The translations under genes and the position numbers were made by a program. A stretch of DNA of 64,000 bases, from positions 2,080,001-2,144,000 of the forward strand of contig OY760175.1 in NCBI GenBank assembly GCA_963663165.1, in the 5' to 3' direction. Shown here in pieces: positions 63,500-64,000 of this stretch; the stretch's first letter is position 1, and each line of letters starts with the position of its first letter. The notes below the pieces were generated by a model. The model worked only from the letters and a program-made list of their open reading frames with translations. It was not told where the DNA came from and searched no databases. The stretch is from an uncultured Desulfospira sp. (lineage in GTDB: Bacteria > Desulfobacterota > Desulfobacteria > Desulfobacterales > Desulfobacteraceae).

Positions 63500-64000
63500 T
63501 CACCCATCCTAAAAGAGTATGTATCAGGATTTCCTTGATCAAAAATTTCATTGGCCCAGAGCAATACGACCATTAGTGTATCCCCTGTATTGGTAATATC
63601 ATGGGCCCATCCCGGTATTGTTTCAATAACTTCAGGATGCTGTTGGGTCACATTCACGGTTTTCTTTTCACCCGTTTCGATATTTTCAAACCTGAACATG
63701 GCCTGACCTTTTACCACGAGAAATTTTTCATTTTTGGTATGATGATAGTGCCCCCCCCGTGTTACGCCCGGGTGGGCCGTAAAATATGAAAACTGGCCGG
63801 AGTCTTGAGTTTTAAGCACTTCAACAAAATCTCCCCGGTCATCACCATGCTTTTCTAGAGGATATCGAAATGTGTCCGGCTTTAAATAAGACAAATAAGT
63901 GGCATAAAGGGCCCTTACAAACCCCTTTCCTACCGCTTGAGTCGTCAGGTTTTTTCTGCTGTCGGCAAATCGGCGAACCTGGTCTGCCAATTGCCCTAAG
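63496..64000 (-). CDS. FnlB/WbjC/CapF-type reductase, C-terminal cupin domain (5' part outside window)
   Basis: LYATYLSY, D.RG.F.E..KT...GQ.S, RG.HYHHTKNEKF.VV.G, PGW.H.I.N, WANE.FD...PDT. Confidence 0.9.
   Translation of the reverse strand, partial: LGQLADQVRRFADSRKNLTTQAVGKGFVRALYATYLSYLKPDTFRYPLEKHGDDRGDFVEVLKTQDSGQFSYFTAHPGVTRGGHYHHTKNEKFLVVKGQAMFRFENIETGEKKTVNVTQQHPEVIETIPGWAHDITNTGDTLMVVLLWANEIFDQGNPDTYSFRMGE

Overview
Bacterial chromosome segment; the 16S rRNA and gene content look like a sulfate-reducing Desulfobacteraceae-type organism (my recognition, not database-checked). About 1-43.5 kb is mostly housekeeping: efp (5' end), guaA, mltD-like transglycosylase, suhB-like IMPase, rbgA/ylqF, tail-specific protease, AsmA-like protein, acyl-ACP thioesterase, recX, PilZ protein, M16 peptidase, PpiD-like PPIase, tRNA-Ala(GGC), murJ, rpsT, lptE, leuS, rpsF-rpsR-yybS-rplI, dnaB, hflX, glcD-like oxidase, a divergent dnaA without dnaN, pdxA and uvrA. 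Next come tRNA-Pro(GGG), a complete minus-strand 16S-23S-5S operon with a tRNA-less spacer, a DUF2760 + atypical Hsp70 gene pair and comEA. The window ends with the 3' part of an AT-richer surface-glycan locus (fnlB/fnlC/wbuB-like genes, an epimerase-phosphoglycosyltransferase fusion, pglF/capD). That locus carries an IS66 element with a second IS nested exactly in its terminal repeat, plus a decayed O-antigen ligase gene. The most unusual signal is non-coding. Several families of small (90-145 bp) structured repeats are scattered through the intergenic DNA. One has two hairpins, no terminal inverted repeats, compensatory stem changes and a copy that splits a reading frame. Three MITE-like families share internal RNA-like motifs but have different termini, and one of them sits inside the 23S processing stem. 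No CRISPR array, prophage or recognisable defence operon was seen.
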